Shown: positions 40,316 through 50,466, numbered from the stretch's first letter. The stretch is 59,404 nt of DNA from an uncultured bacterium (GCA_964543655.1 CAZIZE010000031.1:1-59404), one strand, 5' to 3'. Notes: generated by a model from the sequence alone, not told the origin. Made by a program: numbers and translations.

Positions 40316-41392
40316 ATGAAAAAGCTTCCTATAATTTTCTTAATTTGTATCACCATTTTAAATGTCATACTATTGGAAAAATTCTCTTTAAAAAATAATC
40401 AGGGAAAAGCATTTGATAGTCACTTAAATAAGTTAAACACAATTTTAAAAAAATTTAATATTTCTAAAAAAAATAATATTTTTATTTTCCATTATAAAAC
40501 CCTTGAAAATAGAAATCAATTCTTTAAGTTATTGGAAAAAAACAATTTTTTAATAGAAAAATCTGATAATAATATAAAAATTTTCTATGAAAATAAACTC
40601 CTCGCAATGCTATTTTTAGAAAAAGTAAAAATATTGAAACCGAAATTAAAAAAAATCTCTGCAAAAAAACAATCAAATTTTAAATATCTATCTATTATAA
40701 TTGATGATATTGGCCCAAACCTGAGCCGTGCAAAAGAGTTCTGGAAAATAAATGATAACATCACTCTATCAATAATCCCTTTTTTAAAAGAATCTAAACT
40801 AATCTCTATCTATGCTCTAAAACATCACTTGCATGTAATGCTACATATGCCAATGGAACCAGCTAAACCACTTAGAAATTATAATCATTTCTTATTATCA
40901 ACAATGGATAATAACACTTTTAAAAAGCAACTTTTTGCTAATTTAAAATCTATACCATTTTATGAAGGGATTAACAATCATATGGGATCAAAATTAACTT
41001 GCAATAGAGAGAAAATGGAGCTATTTTTTTCAACCTTTGAAAAAGGTAAGTTTTTTATAGATAGTAAAACAGCAAGGTGCACAATTGCAGGGAAAATTGC
41101 TTTAAAGCATAATATTAAATCTGGGATAAGAGATATTTTCATTGATAATAAAAAAGAATTTTCATATATTTTAAAAAACTTGCAAAAAGCTGAAAAACTT
41201 GCAATGAAAAATGGCTTTGCAATAGCCATTGGTCATCCTGATAGGAGAACTGTACATGCATTATCAGTATTTATTGCAAACAAGAGTAAAAATTTAGTAA
41301 TAATTCCTGTAAAACTTGCTTTAAATAAATTTGAAAAATTTGAAAAAAAACATATTATAGAGAAGGAGATTTATGAAGGTAGCAGCTATTGA
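40316..41392 (+). CDS. Divergent polysaccharide deacetylase family protein (YibQ-like)
   Basis: IIIDDIG, LHMPMEP, GINNHMGS, FIDSKT, RDIFIDN, AIAIGHP; downstream of ctpA as is common. Confidence 0.9.
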   Translation: MKKLPIIFLICITILNVILLEKFSLKNNQGKAFDSHLNKLNTILKKFNISKKNNIFIFHYKTLENRNQFFKLLEKNNFLIEKSDNNIKIFYENKLLAMLFLEKVKILKPKLKKISAKKQSNFKYLSIIIDDIGPNLSRAKEFWKINDNITLSIIPFLKESKLISIYALKHHLHVMLHMPMEPAKPLRNYNHFLLSTMDNNTFKKQLFANLKSIPFYEGINNHMGSKLTCNREKMELFFSTFEKGKFFIDSKTARCTIAGKIALKHNIKSGIRDIFIDNKKEFSYILKNLQKAEKLAMKNGFAIAIGHPDRRTVHALSVFIANKSKNLVIIPVKLALNKFEKFEKKHIIEKEIYEGSSY

Positions 41393-42293
41393 TATTGGCA
41401 CAAATACCACAAGATTATTAATAATTGATTCAGTTTCAATGAAAGTTTTAGAAAAAGTTAGAACAATTACAAGACTTGGGGAAAACTTCAATGGTATTTT
41501 GCAGGATAACGCAAAAGCAAGAGTTTTAAAAACCCTTGAAAATTACAAAAATATAATGAAAAAACACTCTGTTAACCTTTACAGAGCAGTGGCAACAAGT
41601 GTGATTAGAGAAAGTGCTAATGGCAAAAAATTTGTAGAAGAGGTGTATGATAAATTAAGGTTAAAAATTGATATTATTTCAGGGAAAGAAGAAGCTGAGT
41701 TAACATTTTTAGGAGTATTATCTGTACTTGATAAAAATATTGAAAATTTTTTACTACTTGATATTGGCGGTGGGAGCAATGAATATTCCCTTGCAAAAAA
41801 TAGGACACTAATAAAATCTATTAGTGAAAAATTTGGAGTAGTTTTTCTATATGAAAAATTTATACATCATGATCCTCCAAAAAATAGTGAAATTAAAAAC
41901 GCATCTACTGAAATTTCTAAATTTTTAACACAAATCAAAAATAAATTTTCTGCTTCTTTACCAAAACAACTCTATTTTGTTGGCACAGCAGGTACAATTA
42001 CAACATTAAGTGCAATTTATCAAAATTTGAAAATTTATAAACCTGAACTTATAAATAATCATAAAATACCGAAAAGTTTTATTAATAAATTGCTTAATGA
42101 AATGCTACTTATGACAAACTTTGAAAGATTTGAAAAGTATAATATTGAAAAAGGGAGAGAGGATGTAATTTTAATAGGACTTCTCATTGTAAAGCATACC
42201 ATGGAAACATTCGGTTTTAATGAAATAATTTCCATAGATGCAAGTTTGCTTGAAGGTGTTGCTTTTGATTTGTTAAAACATAAAAATAAATAA
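41373..42293 (+). CDS. ppx: Ppx/GppA family phosphatase
   Basis: AAIDIGTNT, TRLGE, ATS..RES.NG, ISGKEEA, DIGGGSNE, GTAGT. Confidence 0.92.
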   Translation: MKVAAIDIGTNTTRLLIIDSVSMKVLEKVRTITRLGENFNGILQDNAKARVLKTLENYKNIMKKHSVNLYRAVATSVIRESANGKKFVEEVYDKLRLKIDIISGKEEAELTFLGVLSVLDKNIENFLLLDIGGGSNEYSLAKNRTLIKSISEKFGVVFLYEKFIHHDPPKNSEIKNASTEISKFLTQIKNKFSASLPKQLYFVGTAGTITTLSAIYQNLKIYKPELINNHKIPKSFINKLLNEMLLMTNFERFEKYNIEKGREDVILIGLLIVKHTMETFGFNEIISIDASLLEGVAFDLLKHKNK

Positions 42294-42335
42294 AAAAATT
42301 CTTGACAAAATTTTAATTTTAAATCATTAAGTAAT

Positions 42336-43103
42336 ATGTTAAAAATAAATGTATTAGGATGCCACGGTGGTGGTGAAAAAGATAAAGGTTTAACATCACT
42401 TTTAATTAACGATACCATTCTCATTGATGCTGGGAATGTAGTGGGTTCTCTTTTACTTGAAGAGCAAAAAGAAATTTCACATATTTTAATTACTCACACC
42501 CATCTTGACCATATAAAAGATATACCTCTTCTTGCTGACAATTTTGTTTCATGTAAAGGTCACAAAGTAAATGTTTTTGGAATGGAAAAAGTGGTTAGCT
42601 CCCTTAAAGAAAATTTTTTTAACAATGTAATTTTTCCAGATTTTTCAATGATTCCTATTAATGATCCAATTCTTCATTATCATACAATTTATCCTGACAA
42701 GCCATTTAATCTTAATGGTCTCATTATTACAGCTATTGAGCTAAATCACACTGTCCCGAATGTAGGATACATTGTAGAAAATGAAGACGTAGCTTTTGTA
42801 TTTATCTCTGATACATACAAAACTGATAAAATTTTTGATGTTATTAATGAAAATAAAAAAATTAAATTTGTTATTATTGAAACCTCTTTTCCCAACCAGT
42901 TTGAACATCTTGCAGAAATCAGTAAACATCTTACTCCAAACTTAATGAAAGAACAGATAGAAAAAATTAAAGATAACAACATTAAAATTTATATATATCA
43001 TATGAAACCAAACTATACAGCTAAAATTATAGATGAAATAGACTCTATTGAAACTGATAAAGATATTGAATTTCTCAGAGATGGAATGATTATAGAAATA
43101 TGA
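42336..43103 (+). CDS. 3',5'-cyclic-nucleotide phosphodiesterase-like MBL-fold hydrolase
   Basis: VLGCHGG, IDAG, ITHTHLDHI, FNNVIFPDF, IETSFPN, SKHLTP, YHMKP. Confidence 0.82.
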   Translation: MLKINVLGCHGGGEKDKGLTSLLINDTILIDAGNVVGSLLLEEQKEISHILITHTHLDHIKDIPLLADNFVSCKGHKVNVFGMEKVVSSLKENFFNNVIFPDFSMIPINDPILHYHTIYPDKPFNLNGLIITAIELNHTVPNVGYIVENEDVAFVFISDTYKTDKIFDVINENKKIKFVIIETSFPNQFEHLAEISKHLTPNLMKEQIEKIKDNNIKIYIYHMKPNYTAKIIDEIDSIETDKDIEFLRDGMIIEI

Positions 43104-44401
43104 AATACGATTATAAAACTGCTCTTGATTATCTTTATAATCTTGAAAAATTTGGCATTAGTTTAGGCCTTCACAAAATATCAGCCCTTCTCAACCCTTT
43201 TAATAATCCTCAGGATAAGCTAAAAGTTATTCACATTGCTGGCACCAATGGTAAAGGTTCAACTGCTGCAATACTTGAGTCTATTTTACTTTATCATGGC
43301 TACAAAGTAGGGCTTTACACATCACCACACCTTGTAAGATTTAATGAAAGGATCAGAATTAATCAGCAAGAAATAACAGATGAAGATATTGTTTATTATG
43401 TTAATAAATTTAAGCCCATTGCAGATAAAATTAATCTCAAGGATCCTGTTACTTTTTTTGATTTTACAACTGCTGTTGCATATAAATATTTCTACGATAA
43501 AAATGTTGATTTTGCAATAATGGAAACCGGCCTTGGTGGCACTCTTGACTCAACAAATATTGTAAGAAAGCCTTATGTTGCAATTATTACAAATATTTCT
43601 CTTGAGCATGAAGAGTTTTTGGGCTCCACATTAACTGATATAGCCAGGGAAAAAGGTGGTATTATTAAGGAGAACATTATTACAGTTACTGGAGAGGTTA
43701 AAGAGGAGCCTCTACATGTTTTGAAAAAAATAGCTCTTGAAAAAAACTCCAAATTTTTTATATTATCAGAGTCTGTTAAAATTGAAAAAAAAACTCCATA
43801 TTTTAATTACTTTTCTAAAAACCATTCCTTTCAAAAATTAAAAATTAATCTATCAGGAGATTATCAGATTTATAACGCTTCTCTATCTATTTTTAGTCTT
43901 GAATGTGCTCATTTTAACTTACAGGAAGATTTATTAAAAAAAGCATTAATAAATGTAAAATGGGAAGGCCGATATGAAAAAGTCAAAAAATCACCTTTAT
44001 TTATAATAGATGGTGCTCATAATCCAGCAGGAGCAGAATTGCTTGCTAAAAATATTAAAAAAGAAAATTATTCAAAATTAATATTGATAATATCTGTAAT
44101 GTCTGATAAAAACATAGATGAAATTTTTAAAAAGCTTTTACCAATGGCTCATACAATCATATTTACAAAAGCAAAGCTTGACAGAGCTGCTGATTTTAAT
44201 ACATTGCAATCAAAAGCAGAGAAATTTGGCAAACCATACAAGTTTTGCAAAAATATTTCAGAAGCTATAATTGAAGCAGAGAAAAATGCCACCAACGATG
44301 ATTTAATACTTTTTACTGGCTCTTTATATGCAGCTGGTGAAGCAAAAGAATTTTTTGGTGGAGAAAAAACCAAATTTTCAGTTGGGAACAAGTATAAATG
44401 A
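43100..44401 (+). CDS. folC: Folylpolyglutamate synthase / dihydrofolate synthase
   Basis: IAGTNGKGST, YTSPHL..FNERI, ETGLGG.LDSTN, DGAHNP, TGSLY. Confidence 0.96.
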   Translation: MKYDYKTALDYLYNLEKFGISLGLHKISALLNPFNNPQDKLKVIHIAGTNGKGSTAAILESILLYHGYKVGLYTSPHLVRFNERIRINQQEITDEDIVYYVNKFKPIADKINLKDPVTFFDFTTAVAYKYFYDKNVDFAIMETGLGGTLDSTNIVRKPYVAIITNISLEHEEFLGSTLTDIAREKGGIIKENIITVTGEVKEEPLHVLKKIALEKNSKFFILSESVKIEKKTPYFNYFSKNHSFQKLKINLSGDYQIYNASLSIFSLECAHFNLQEDLLKKALINVKWEGRYEKVKKSPLFIIDGAHNPAGAELLAKNIKKENYSKLILIISVMSDKNIDEIFKKLLPMAHTIIFTKAKLDRAADFNTLQSKAEKFGKPYKFCKNISEAIIEAEKNATNDDLILFTGSLYAAGEAKEFFGGEKTKFSVGNKYK

Positions 44402-46515
44402 AAAAGATTATTAAATTTATATCTATTATCTCAATTCTTTTTATTGCAAACAACCTTTTTGCACTTGAATTTATAAAAAAAAATTTCACCTTTAAGAAAA
44501 AGTCCAAAATTGAAATAACTGCTGATGTTTTAAGTTTTGATAAAAAAAATCAAATATTTTATGCAGAAGGTCTGGTGAAAATCACACAAGAAGGACTTAC
44601 TGTTGATGCAGATAGAGTAAAGTATAATCTTATAAAAAAATTAGTAGAAGCTGAAGGTCATGTAAAAATTGTCCAAAATGGAGATACAATTAATTGCAAT
44701 AAAGTGGTTCTTGATCTTAAAAACAACACTGGTAAAATTGAAAAAGGTGAAATTTTTATAAAAAAAAGACATTTTAGAATTATTGGTGACTCTATTAAAA
44801 AAGATTCCAGCGGCAACTATATTCTTGACAATGTTACCCTTACATCATGTTGCAGACAAAATCCGTTCTGGTCATTTACAGCAAAGACAATAAAAATTAC
44901 CCCTCAAGGATTGGGAAAAGCTAAAAGTGTGAAATTCAGGTTTGGTTTTTTTCCATATCCTTTAATGTATGTACCTTATGCTACATTCCCCACTAAAAAT
45001 GAGAGAGGCTCAGGATTTCTTATTCCCTACTTTGGTCTTAACAGTAAATTTGGAGCAAGATATAGACAGGGTTACTACTGGGCAATTAATCAGAGTAGTG
45101 ATATGACTTTCTATTACGATTTAATGTCAAAAAGGGGAATAAAAGTTGGTACAGAATATAGATATTTGCTTACAAATAAAGGTAGAGGTCTTGCAAGATT
45201 CTTCTATCTGGATGATAAAGGAATGAAAAGGAAATATTATTCTATTTATGATGATACAAAGCAACGTTTTTATTTAAAATTCAATCACTACCAGGAATTT
45301 CAAAATGATTTTAAAATTTTTGCTGATATTAATTATATAAACGATATAAACTATAAAAATGATTTTCCTGAAGATTTTAAAAACACCAATTTTATGAATA
45401 GGCAATCAATTCAATCAGAAAACAGCATGAATTCTATCCTCTATGCAACAAAGAAATTTGATTATTTGAATCTTATCTTAGATGCTGAATACTTTCAAGA
45501 TCTTACCAAAACTACCAACAAATACACAAGTCAAAAATTACCAGAAGCTGGAATATTTGTTTCTCAAAATGATTTTCTCAATATTAATCTATATAGTTTA
45601 CTTGATGCACAATACCTAAATATTTATAGAAAAAAAGGTGAAAGTTTTTCAAGGATTTATATAAAACCAGAATTAATAAAGCCATTACATTTAAAAAATT
45701 ATTTTATTACTTCCACAGAGGTAGCACCAACATTTGCTGAATATTTTTTCGATGTTGATGAAAACAGCCTTGGCAATACCAATAAGTTCTATTTTCACGT
45801 TCTTCATAATGGCAGATTTCAATTATCCAGAGTTTATGATTTTCCATATCTTGGGGTGGTTAAATTAAAGCATGTTATTGAGCCAATGTATGAGATTGAC
45901 TATATTTCTGACACCAAATCAATTTTTGAAAATTTTAGACATTTTGATTACATAGATGATGAAATTAATAGAAATATTTTAAAATATGGATTTAAGCAAA
46001 GATTAATAGCAAGATTGGATGACGGCTCTTATCAAGAATTTATTTACTGGGAACTGTATCAATTCTATCAAATAGACAGGCAAGATTACTTTTTTCAGGG
46101 AAGAAAAAATAGTGATATATATTCTGATATAAGATTTAATCTCTGGAAAAATTTTTCAATGGAAAATAACCTATCTTATGATCCATATGAAAATCAGTTA
46201 AGAAAATTCTCCATTTGGAGCAATGTAAAATTTACTGACAAAAATTTCTTATACATGGAATACAGATATATGAGAGATGAAGTAAAACAGTACAACATGG
46301 GATTTAATGTTCACTTTTTGGATAAATTTGATTTTTATAATTATACCAATTATGATATCCTTCAATCAAGGCTTGAGCAGATTACCTATGGATTAAAATA
46401 CTCTATTCCATGCTTTGCAGCTAATTTTAATATTACAGAAGAGCACAACCCATACAATTTCTCTTTTAATTTTCAACTAACATTTCAAGGTATTGGCAGC
46501 ATAGGCAATTTTTAA
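44398..46515 (+). CDS. lptD: LPS-assembly protein LptD
   Basis: N-terminal OstA-like domain (ITAD, AEG.V.I, LTSC...P.W), R.SGFLIP, YYWAI, aromatic beta-barrel. Confidence 0.88.
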   Translation: MKKIIKFISIISILFIANNLFALEFIKKNFTFKKKSKIEITADVLSFDKKNQIFYAEGLVKITQEGLTVDADRVKYNLIKKLVEAEGHVKIVQNGDTINCNKVVLDLKNNTGKIEKGEIFIKKRHFRIIGDSIKKDSSGNYILDNVTLTSCCRQNPFWSFTAKTIKITPQGLGKAKSVKFRFGFFPYPLMYVPYATFPTKNERGSGFLIPYFGLNSKFGARYRQGYYWAINQSSDMTFYYDLMSKRGIKVGTEYRYLLTNKGRGLARFFYLDDKGMKRKYYSIYDDTKQRFYLKFNHYQEFQNDFKIFADINYINDINYKNDFPEDFKNTNFMNRQSIQSENSMNSILYATKKFDYLNLILDAEYFQDLTKTTNKYTSQKLPEAGIFVSQNDFLNINLYSLLDAQYLNIYRKKGESFSRIYIKPELIKPLHLKNYFITSTEVAPTFAEYFFDVDENSLGNTNKFYFHVLHNGRFQLSRVYDFPYLGVVKLKHVIEPMYEIDYISDTKSIFENFRHFDYIDDEINRNILKYGFKQRLIARLDDGSYQEFIYWELYQFYQIDRQDYFFQGRKNSDIYSDIRFNLWKNFSMENNLSYDPYENQLRKFSIWSNVKFTDKNFLYMEYRYMRDEVKQYNMGFNVHFLDKFDFYNYTNYDILQSRLEQITYGLKYSIPCFAANFNITEEHNPYNFSFNFQLTFQGIGSIGNF

Positions 46516-46517
46516 AA

Positions 46518-46923
46518 GGGGATAGCCTATAAGCCGGATTCTGTTAATGGCAGTCATTCATCTAAGCTTACAGTTGCCTGTAAGCTTTAGCAGCCTACCC
46601 GGGAATATTGAGGAGGGCAACTCTTATTCCCCTATTTGGCTTTGCACCAGGTGGGGTTTACCATGCCATTACTGTCACCAGTAATGCGGTGAGCTCTTAC
46701 CTCACCTTTTCACCCTTACCCCGCACAATATTTATTAATACAAAAGTCTCAACCAACTAACAACTATCAACTATCAACCAACAACTATTAACCAACAGGT
46801 GCGGGGCGGTATATTTTCTGTGGCACTATCCTTCCATTACTGGAAGTTGGCGTTACCAACCACCCTGCCCTCTGGTGTCCGGACTTTCCTCCTGCAAAAG
46901 CAGGCGACTGCCCAGCTATCCCC
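46518..46923 (-). ncRNA. rnpB: RNase P RNA (bacterial type A) with a 72-nt insertion in the P12 region
   Basis: Minus strand: P1 GGGGAUAGC/GCUAUCCCC, GAGGAAAGUCCGG, AGUGCCACAGAAA, GGUAAGGGUGAAA, GGUAAACCCC, ACAGAAUCCGGCUUA. The 3' end abuts the lptD stop. Confidence 0.97.
46750..46798. repeat. Heptamer tandem array x7 inside rnpB P12
   Basis: caaccaa ctaacaa ctatcaa ctatcaa ccaacaa ctattaa ccaacag, enclosed by the stem CCCCGCAC (46719-46726) / GTGCGGGG (46799-46806). Confidence 0.88.
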
Positions 46924-46975
46924 TGTAATACAAGTTTAAGGTTACAAAATTCATGGTTCAACATTGAAAGATAGT

Positions 46976-47004
46976 TTAATAACAATAATTTAAGAATATT
47001 ACAA
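46976..47004 (-). promoter_or_regulatory. Candidate sigma70 promoter of rnpB
   Basis: TTGTAA-17 bp-TATTAA with an extended TG, ~50 nt upstream of the mature 5' end. Confidence 0.4.
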
Positions 47005-47043
47005 AGTTATTTCAAGTAAAAAATTATATCAACAAAAATATCA

Positions 47044-47712
47044 TTATATTGCACTTTTCAATAAAGTAATAAAATCCTCTCTTGGAATATTAATTCCACC
47101 AAACCTACTAAAGTGAAGTGAATAAACCTGACAATCAATAAATTCATAACCCTTATCAAAAAGCATATTTGCAAGATATATAAATGCAAATTTTGAAACA
47201 TTTGGCTTTAAACTAAACATTGATTCTCCAGAAAAATATTTTCCAATATTTACTCCATAAAGTCCACCAACTAATTTCTCATTTTCCCACACCTCAATAG
47301 ATAATATAAAACCTTTTTTATAAAATTCAAGATAACCATTTACCATCTCATCAGAAATCCATGTATTATCTTTTAATGAATGAACAACCTGGCAAGATTT
47401 TATTACTTGATAAAATGCTTTATTTACTGTTATTTTATAGTTATGTGTTTTATAATATCTTGCAAGCCTCTTTCCTACTCTAAAATCTTCTTTAAAAATA
47501 ACAAACCGTGGATCTGGGCTATACCAGTAAATAAAGGTGTATTTTTTATTTCCTAAGTATAATTTCTCATCAAACCATGGGAAAATACCAGAAATATATG
47601 CCTGGTATAATGTTTCAAAAGAATATGAACCACCAACTGCAATAAGTCCTGAGTCATCAGCTTCTGAAAGTGGGGGAAACTTTGTAATTTGGGATGAAAA
47701 AATATAAACCAT
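47044..47712 (-). CDS. aat: Leucyl/phenylalanyl-tRNA--protein transferase
   Basis: AY..GIFPW, W.SPDPR, TWI, LVGGLYG, GESMFS, DCQ. Confidence 0.95.
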   Translation of the reverse strand: MVYIFSSQITKFPPLSEADDSGLIAVGGSYSFETLYQAYISGIFPWFDEKLYLGNKKYTFIYWYSPDPRFVIFKEDFRVGKRLARYYKTHNYKITVNKAFYQVIKSCQVVHSLKDNTWISDEMVNGYLEFYKKGFILSIEVWENEKLVGGLYGVNIGKYFSGESMFSLKPNVSKFAFIYLANMLFDKGYEFIDCQVYSLHFSRFGGINIPREDFITLLKSAI

Positions 47713-47722
47713 CTACATAGAT

Positions 47723-49975
47723 TTAAACAAATTCTTCACTTTTACTTTTACTATTAAAAATCAATTTATTATTTTTAAAATCTATCTCGATAATTTTAGC
47801 TCTACTGCTTTTACTGAGTAAAATCATATCTGCTACTTTATCACTAATCTCTTCCTGAATTAACCTTTCCATTGGTCTTGCACCAAAGAACTTGTTATAA
47901 CCTTTTTTAGCAAGGTACTTTTTAGCTGCATCTGTTAATTTTATAACTATTCTTTTTTTACTTAACCTTTCATTTAGTTGGGCAATAAATTTATCAACAA
48001 CCAAAATAATCACTTCTTCATCTAAGTAGGAAAATTCAACTATTGCATCAAGTCTATTTCTAAATTCTGGAGGGAACTCTCGCTCTATTGCTTTTAAATT
48101 TTTTCCAAGCTCTGATTCAAGAAAACCAATATTCTGAGTTGCCATCTCTTTGGCACCACTGTTTGAAGTAAGAATTAAAATAACATTTCTAAAATTAACC
48201 TTTTTACCAATATTATCTGTTAATATTCCATAATCCATAATCTGAAGCAAAATAGTGTAAATATCTGAATGTGCTTTCTCTATTTCATCAAAAAGTAAAA
48301 CAGTATGTGGATTTTTATTCACCGCTTCTGTTAATTGTCCTCCCTGCTCAAAACCAACATAACCAGGTGGTGAGCCAATAAGCCTTGCAACAGCATGTTT
48401 CTCCATATATTCACTCATGTCAAATCTCAAAAAATTAATTCCAAGCAATTTTGAAACCTGTAGAGCAAGCTCTGTTTTTCCCACTCCAGTTGGTCCTGTA
48501 AATAGAAAAGAGCCTATTGGTTTATTCTCATCTCTAAGTCCTGCAATATTTCTTTTGAGAGCTTTTACAACTTTTTCAACAGCACTATTTTGGCCAAAAA
48601 TTCTCTTTTTAAGCTCTTTCTCAAGTGTAATAACTCTTTTTTTGTACGATATTCCAGCACCTGCTACAGGCATTCTGCTCATAATTGAAACTACTTTTTC
48701 TATGTCTCTCTCTGTAATAATGTTTTTTTTCCTCTTTCTATTTGCAGAAATAAAAGCACCTGCTTCATCTATAACGTCTATAGCTTTATCAGGTAAAAAC
48801 CTGCCTTGTATATATTTTTCTGATAAAATAACAGCAGATTTAACTGCTTTTTCAGAATATTTTATTTTATGAAAGGATTCATACTTTTCTTTTAAACCTT
48901 TTAAAATTTCCACAGCTTCATTAATATCAGGCTGCTCTATATCAACCTTTTGAAATCTCCTTGAAAGAGCTTTATCCTTTTCAAAACCATTTCTGTACTC
49001 TTCATAAGTTGTTGCTCCAATGCATTTTAGCTTGCCATGTGCAAGAGCTGGTTTTAAAATATTGGATGCATCAAGAGAACCATTACTTGTAGCACCAGCA
49101 CCAACTATTGTATGAATCTCATCAATAAAAACTATTGGATTCTCCTCTTTTAAAACTTCTTTTATTACATCTTTTAACCTTTTCTCAAAATCACCTCTAT
49201 ATTTTGTACCTGCAACAAGTGAGCCCATATCAAGTGAAAAAATCTTTGCATCTTGCAACTTTTCAGGTACATCATTATTTGCTATTTTTATGGCTAATCC
49301 TTCTGCTATGGCTGTTTTTCCAACTCCAGGTTCACCAACAAGGATTGGATTATTTTTTTTCCTTCTACATAAAATCTGAATAATCCTTTGAAACTCCCTC
49401 TCTCTACCAATTACTGGATCAATCTTACCTTCTTTTGCAAGACTCACAAGCTCTGTTGTAAATTTCGTAAGTGCTGAATCCTGCTTTTCTTCTCCTTCTT
49501 CATCAGGAGTCTCTTCAACATTATCCTGCTTATCAGAAAAATCTTCATTAGTAATCTTGCTAATACCATGCTCAACATAATTCATAATATCGAGCTTTGT
49601 AATATGCTCTTCATCTTCAAGAAAATACTTTGCAAAACTTTCTTCTTCATCATAAATTGCTATTAATATATCCCCAATTCTTACTTTATCCTGTCCTGCT
49701 GATTTTACATGGTTAATTGCATTGCTGAGCACTCTCTCCACAGCAACAGTTTCCACTGGAAGCATATTGGTTTTCTCTATGTAGTCTGAAAAATACATCT
49801 CAAGATTTGCCTTTAAATTATCAATATCACCGCCACAATTATAAATTATATCCTTTCCTTCATCAGTTAATAAAATACAGTATAAAATATGTTCAAGTGT
49901 AACAAACTGATGATTGTTATCCCTTGCTATTTTATAAGCAAGATTAAAAACTTCATTTAAACTTTTTGTTAACAT
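47723..49975 (-). CDS. clpA: ATP-dependent Clp protease ATP-binding subunit ClpA
   Basis: Two AAA modules (GEPGVGKT, GPTGVGKT), FDMSEYMEKH, no middle coiled coil; downstream of clpS. Confidence 0.96.
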   Translation of the reverse strand: MLTKSLNEVFNLAYKIARDNNHQFVTLEHILYCILLTDEGKDIIYNCGGDIDNLKANLEMYFSDYIEKTNMLPVETVAVERVLSNAINHVKSAGQDKVRIGDILIAIYDEEESFAKYFLEDEEHITKLDIMNYVEHGISKITNEDFSDKQDNVEETPDEEGEEKQDSALTKFTTELVSLAKEGKIDPVIGREREFQRIIQILCRRKKNNPILVGEPGVGKTAIAEGLAIKIANNDVPEKLQDAKIFSLDMGSLVAGTKYRGDFEKRLKDVIKEVLKEENPIVFIDEIHTIVGAGATSNGSLDASNILKPALAHGKLKCIGATTYEEYRNGFEKDKALSRRFQKVDIEQPDINEAVEILKGLKEKYESFHKIKYSEKAVKSAVILSEKYIQGRFLPDKAIDVIDEAGAFISANRKRKKNIITERDIEKVVSIMSRMPVAGAGISYKKRVITLEKELKKRIFGQNSAVEKVVKALKRNIAGLRDENKPIGSFLFTGPTGVGKTELALQVSKLLGINFLRFDMSEYMEKHAVARLIGSPPGYVGFEQGGQLTEAVNKNPHTVLLFDEIEKAHSDIYTILLQIMDYGILTDNIGKKVNFRNVILILTSNSGAKEMATQNIGFLESELGKNLKAIEREFPPEFRNRLDAIVEFSYLDEEVIILVVDKFIAQLNERLSKKRIVIKLTDAAKKYLAKKGYNKFFGARPMERLIQEEISDKVADMILLSKSSRAKIIEIDFKNNKLIFNSKSKSEEFV

Positions 49976-49978
49976 TTA

Positions 49979-50287
49979 TTACTCCTGTCTCTCCTCAGGC
50001 TCTATTGAGCACTTTAATGGGAAATTGTTTTTTTCTGCAAGATAATGAACAATTTCCACTTTGGTTACTGCAATATCATAGGGATAAATTCCACATAATC
50101 CAACACCATGATTATGTATTTTCAACATAATACTTACAGCTTCCTCATAAGATTTATTAAATATTTTTTCTAAAATTTCAACAACAAATTGCATTGTTGT
50201 ATAATTATCATTGTGCATTAAAACTTTATATAATTTGGGTTGTTTTGTTTTCTTTTTAGTTTTTGTAACTTCTTTAACATCAGCCAT
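49979..50287 (-). CDS. clpS: Clp protease adaptor ClpS
   Basis: YKVLMHNDNYTTMQFVVEIL, MLKIH..G, FPLKC. Confidence 0.96.
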   Translation of the reverse strand: MADVKEVTKTKKKTKQPKLYKVLMHNDNYTTMQFVVEILEKIFNKSYEEAVSIMLKIHNHGVGLCGIYPYDIAVTKVEIVHYLAEKNNFPLKCSIEPEERQE

Positions 50288-50339
50288 AAGATTTATTATA
50301 AATTTCTCTAATTTAATTACTTTTTGCTGTATAATACAA

Positions 50340-50421
50340 GTTCACGGTTCAACGTTCATAGTTCACAACAATCAACTAACAACTAACAACTAACAACTAA
50401 CAACTAACAACTAACAACTAA
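50340..50421. repeat. Bipartite heptamer array: (GTTCAnn)x4 + 5 bp + (CAACTAA)x7
   Basis: gttcacg gttcaac gttcata gttcaca (50340-50367), acaat, then seven perfect CAACTAA (50373-50421). Confidence 0.92.
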
Positions 50422-50466
50422 TTCAATACCATATTATCTTTAAATTTACAAAATAAAATTTAAAAT

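Noticed and set aside
46788-46985. 65-aa ORF on the minus strand
   Set aside because: It is a chance translation of the RNase P RNA 5' region.
50211-50393. 60-aa ORF ending in ...NNQLTTNN
   Set aside because: Antisense to clpS and reading into the heptamer array; no SD or recognisable motif.
26430-50421. CRISPR array interpretation of the short repeats
   Set aside because: The units are contiguous 7-mers without spacers, and no cas genes are present in the window.
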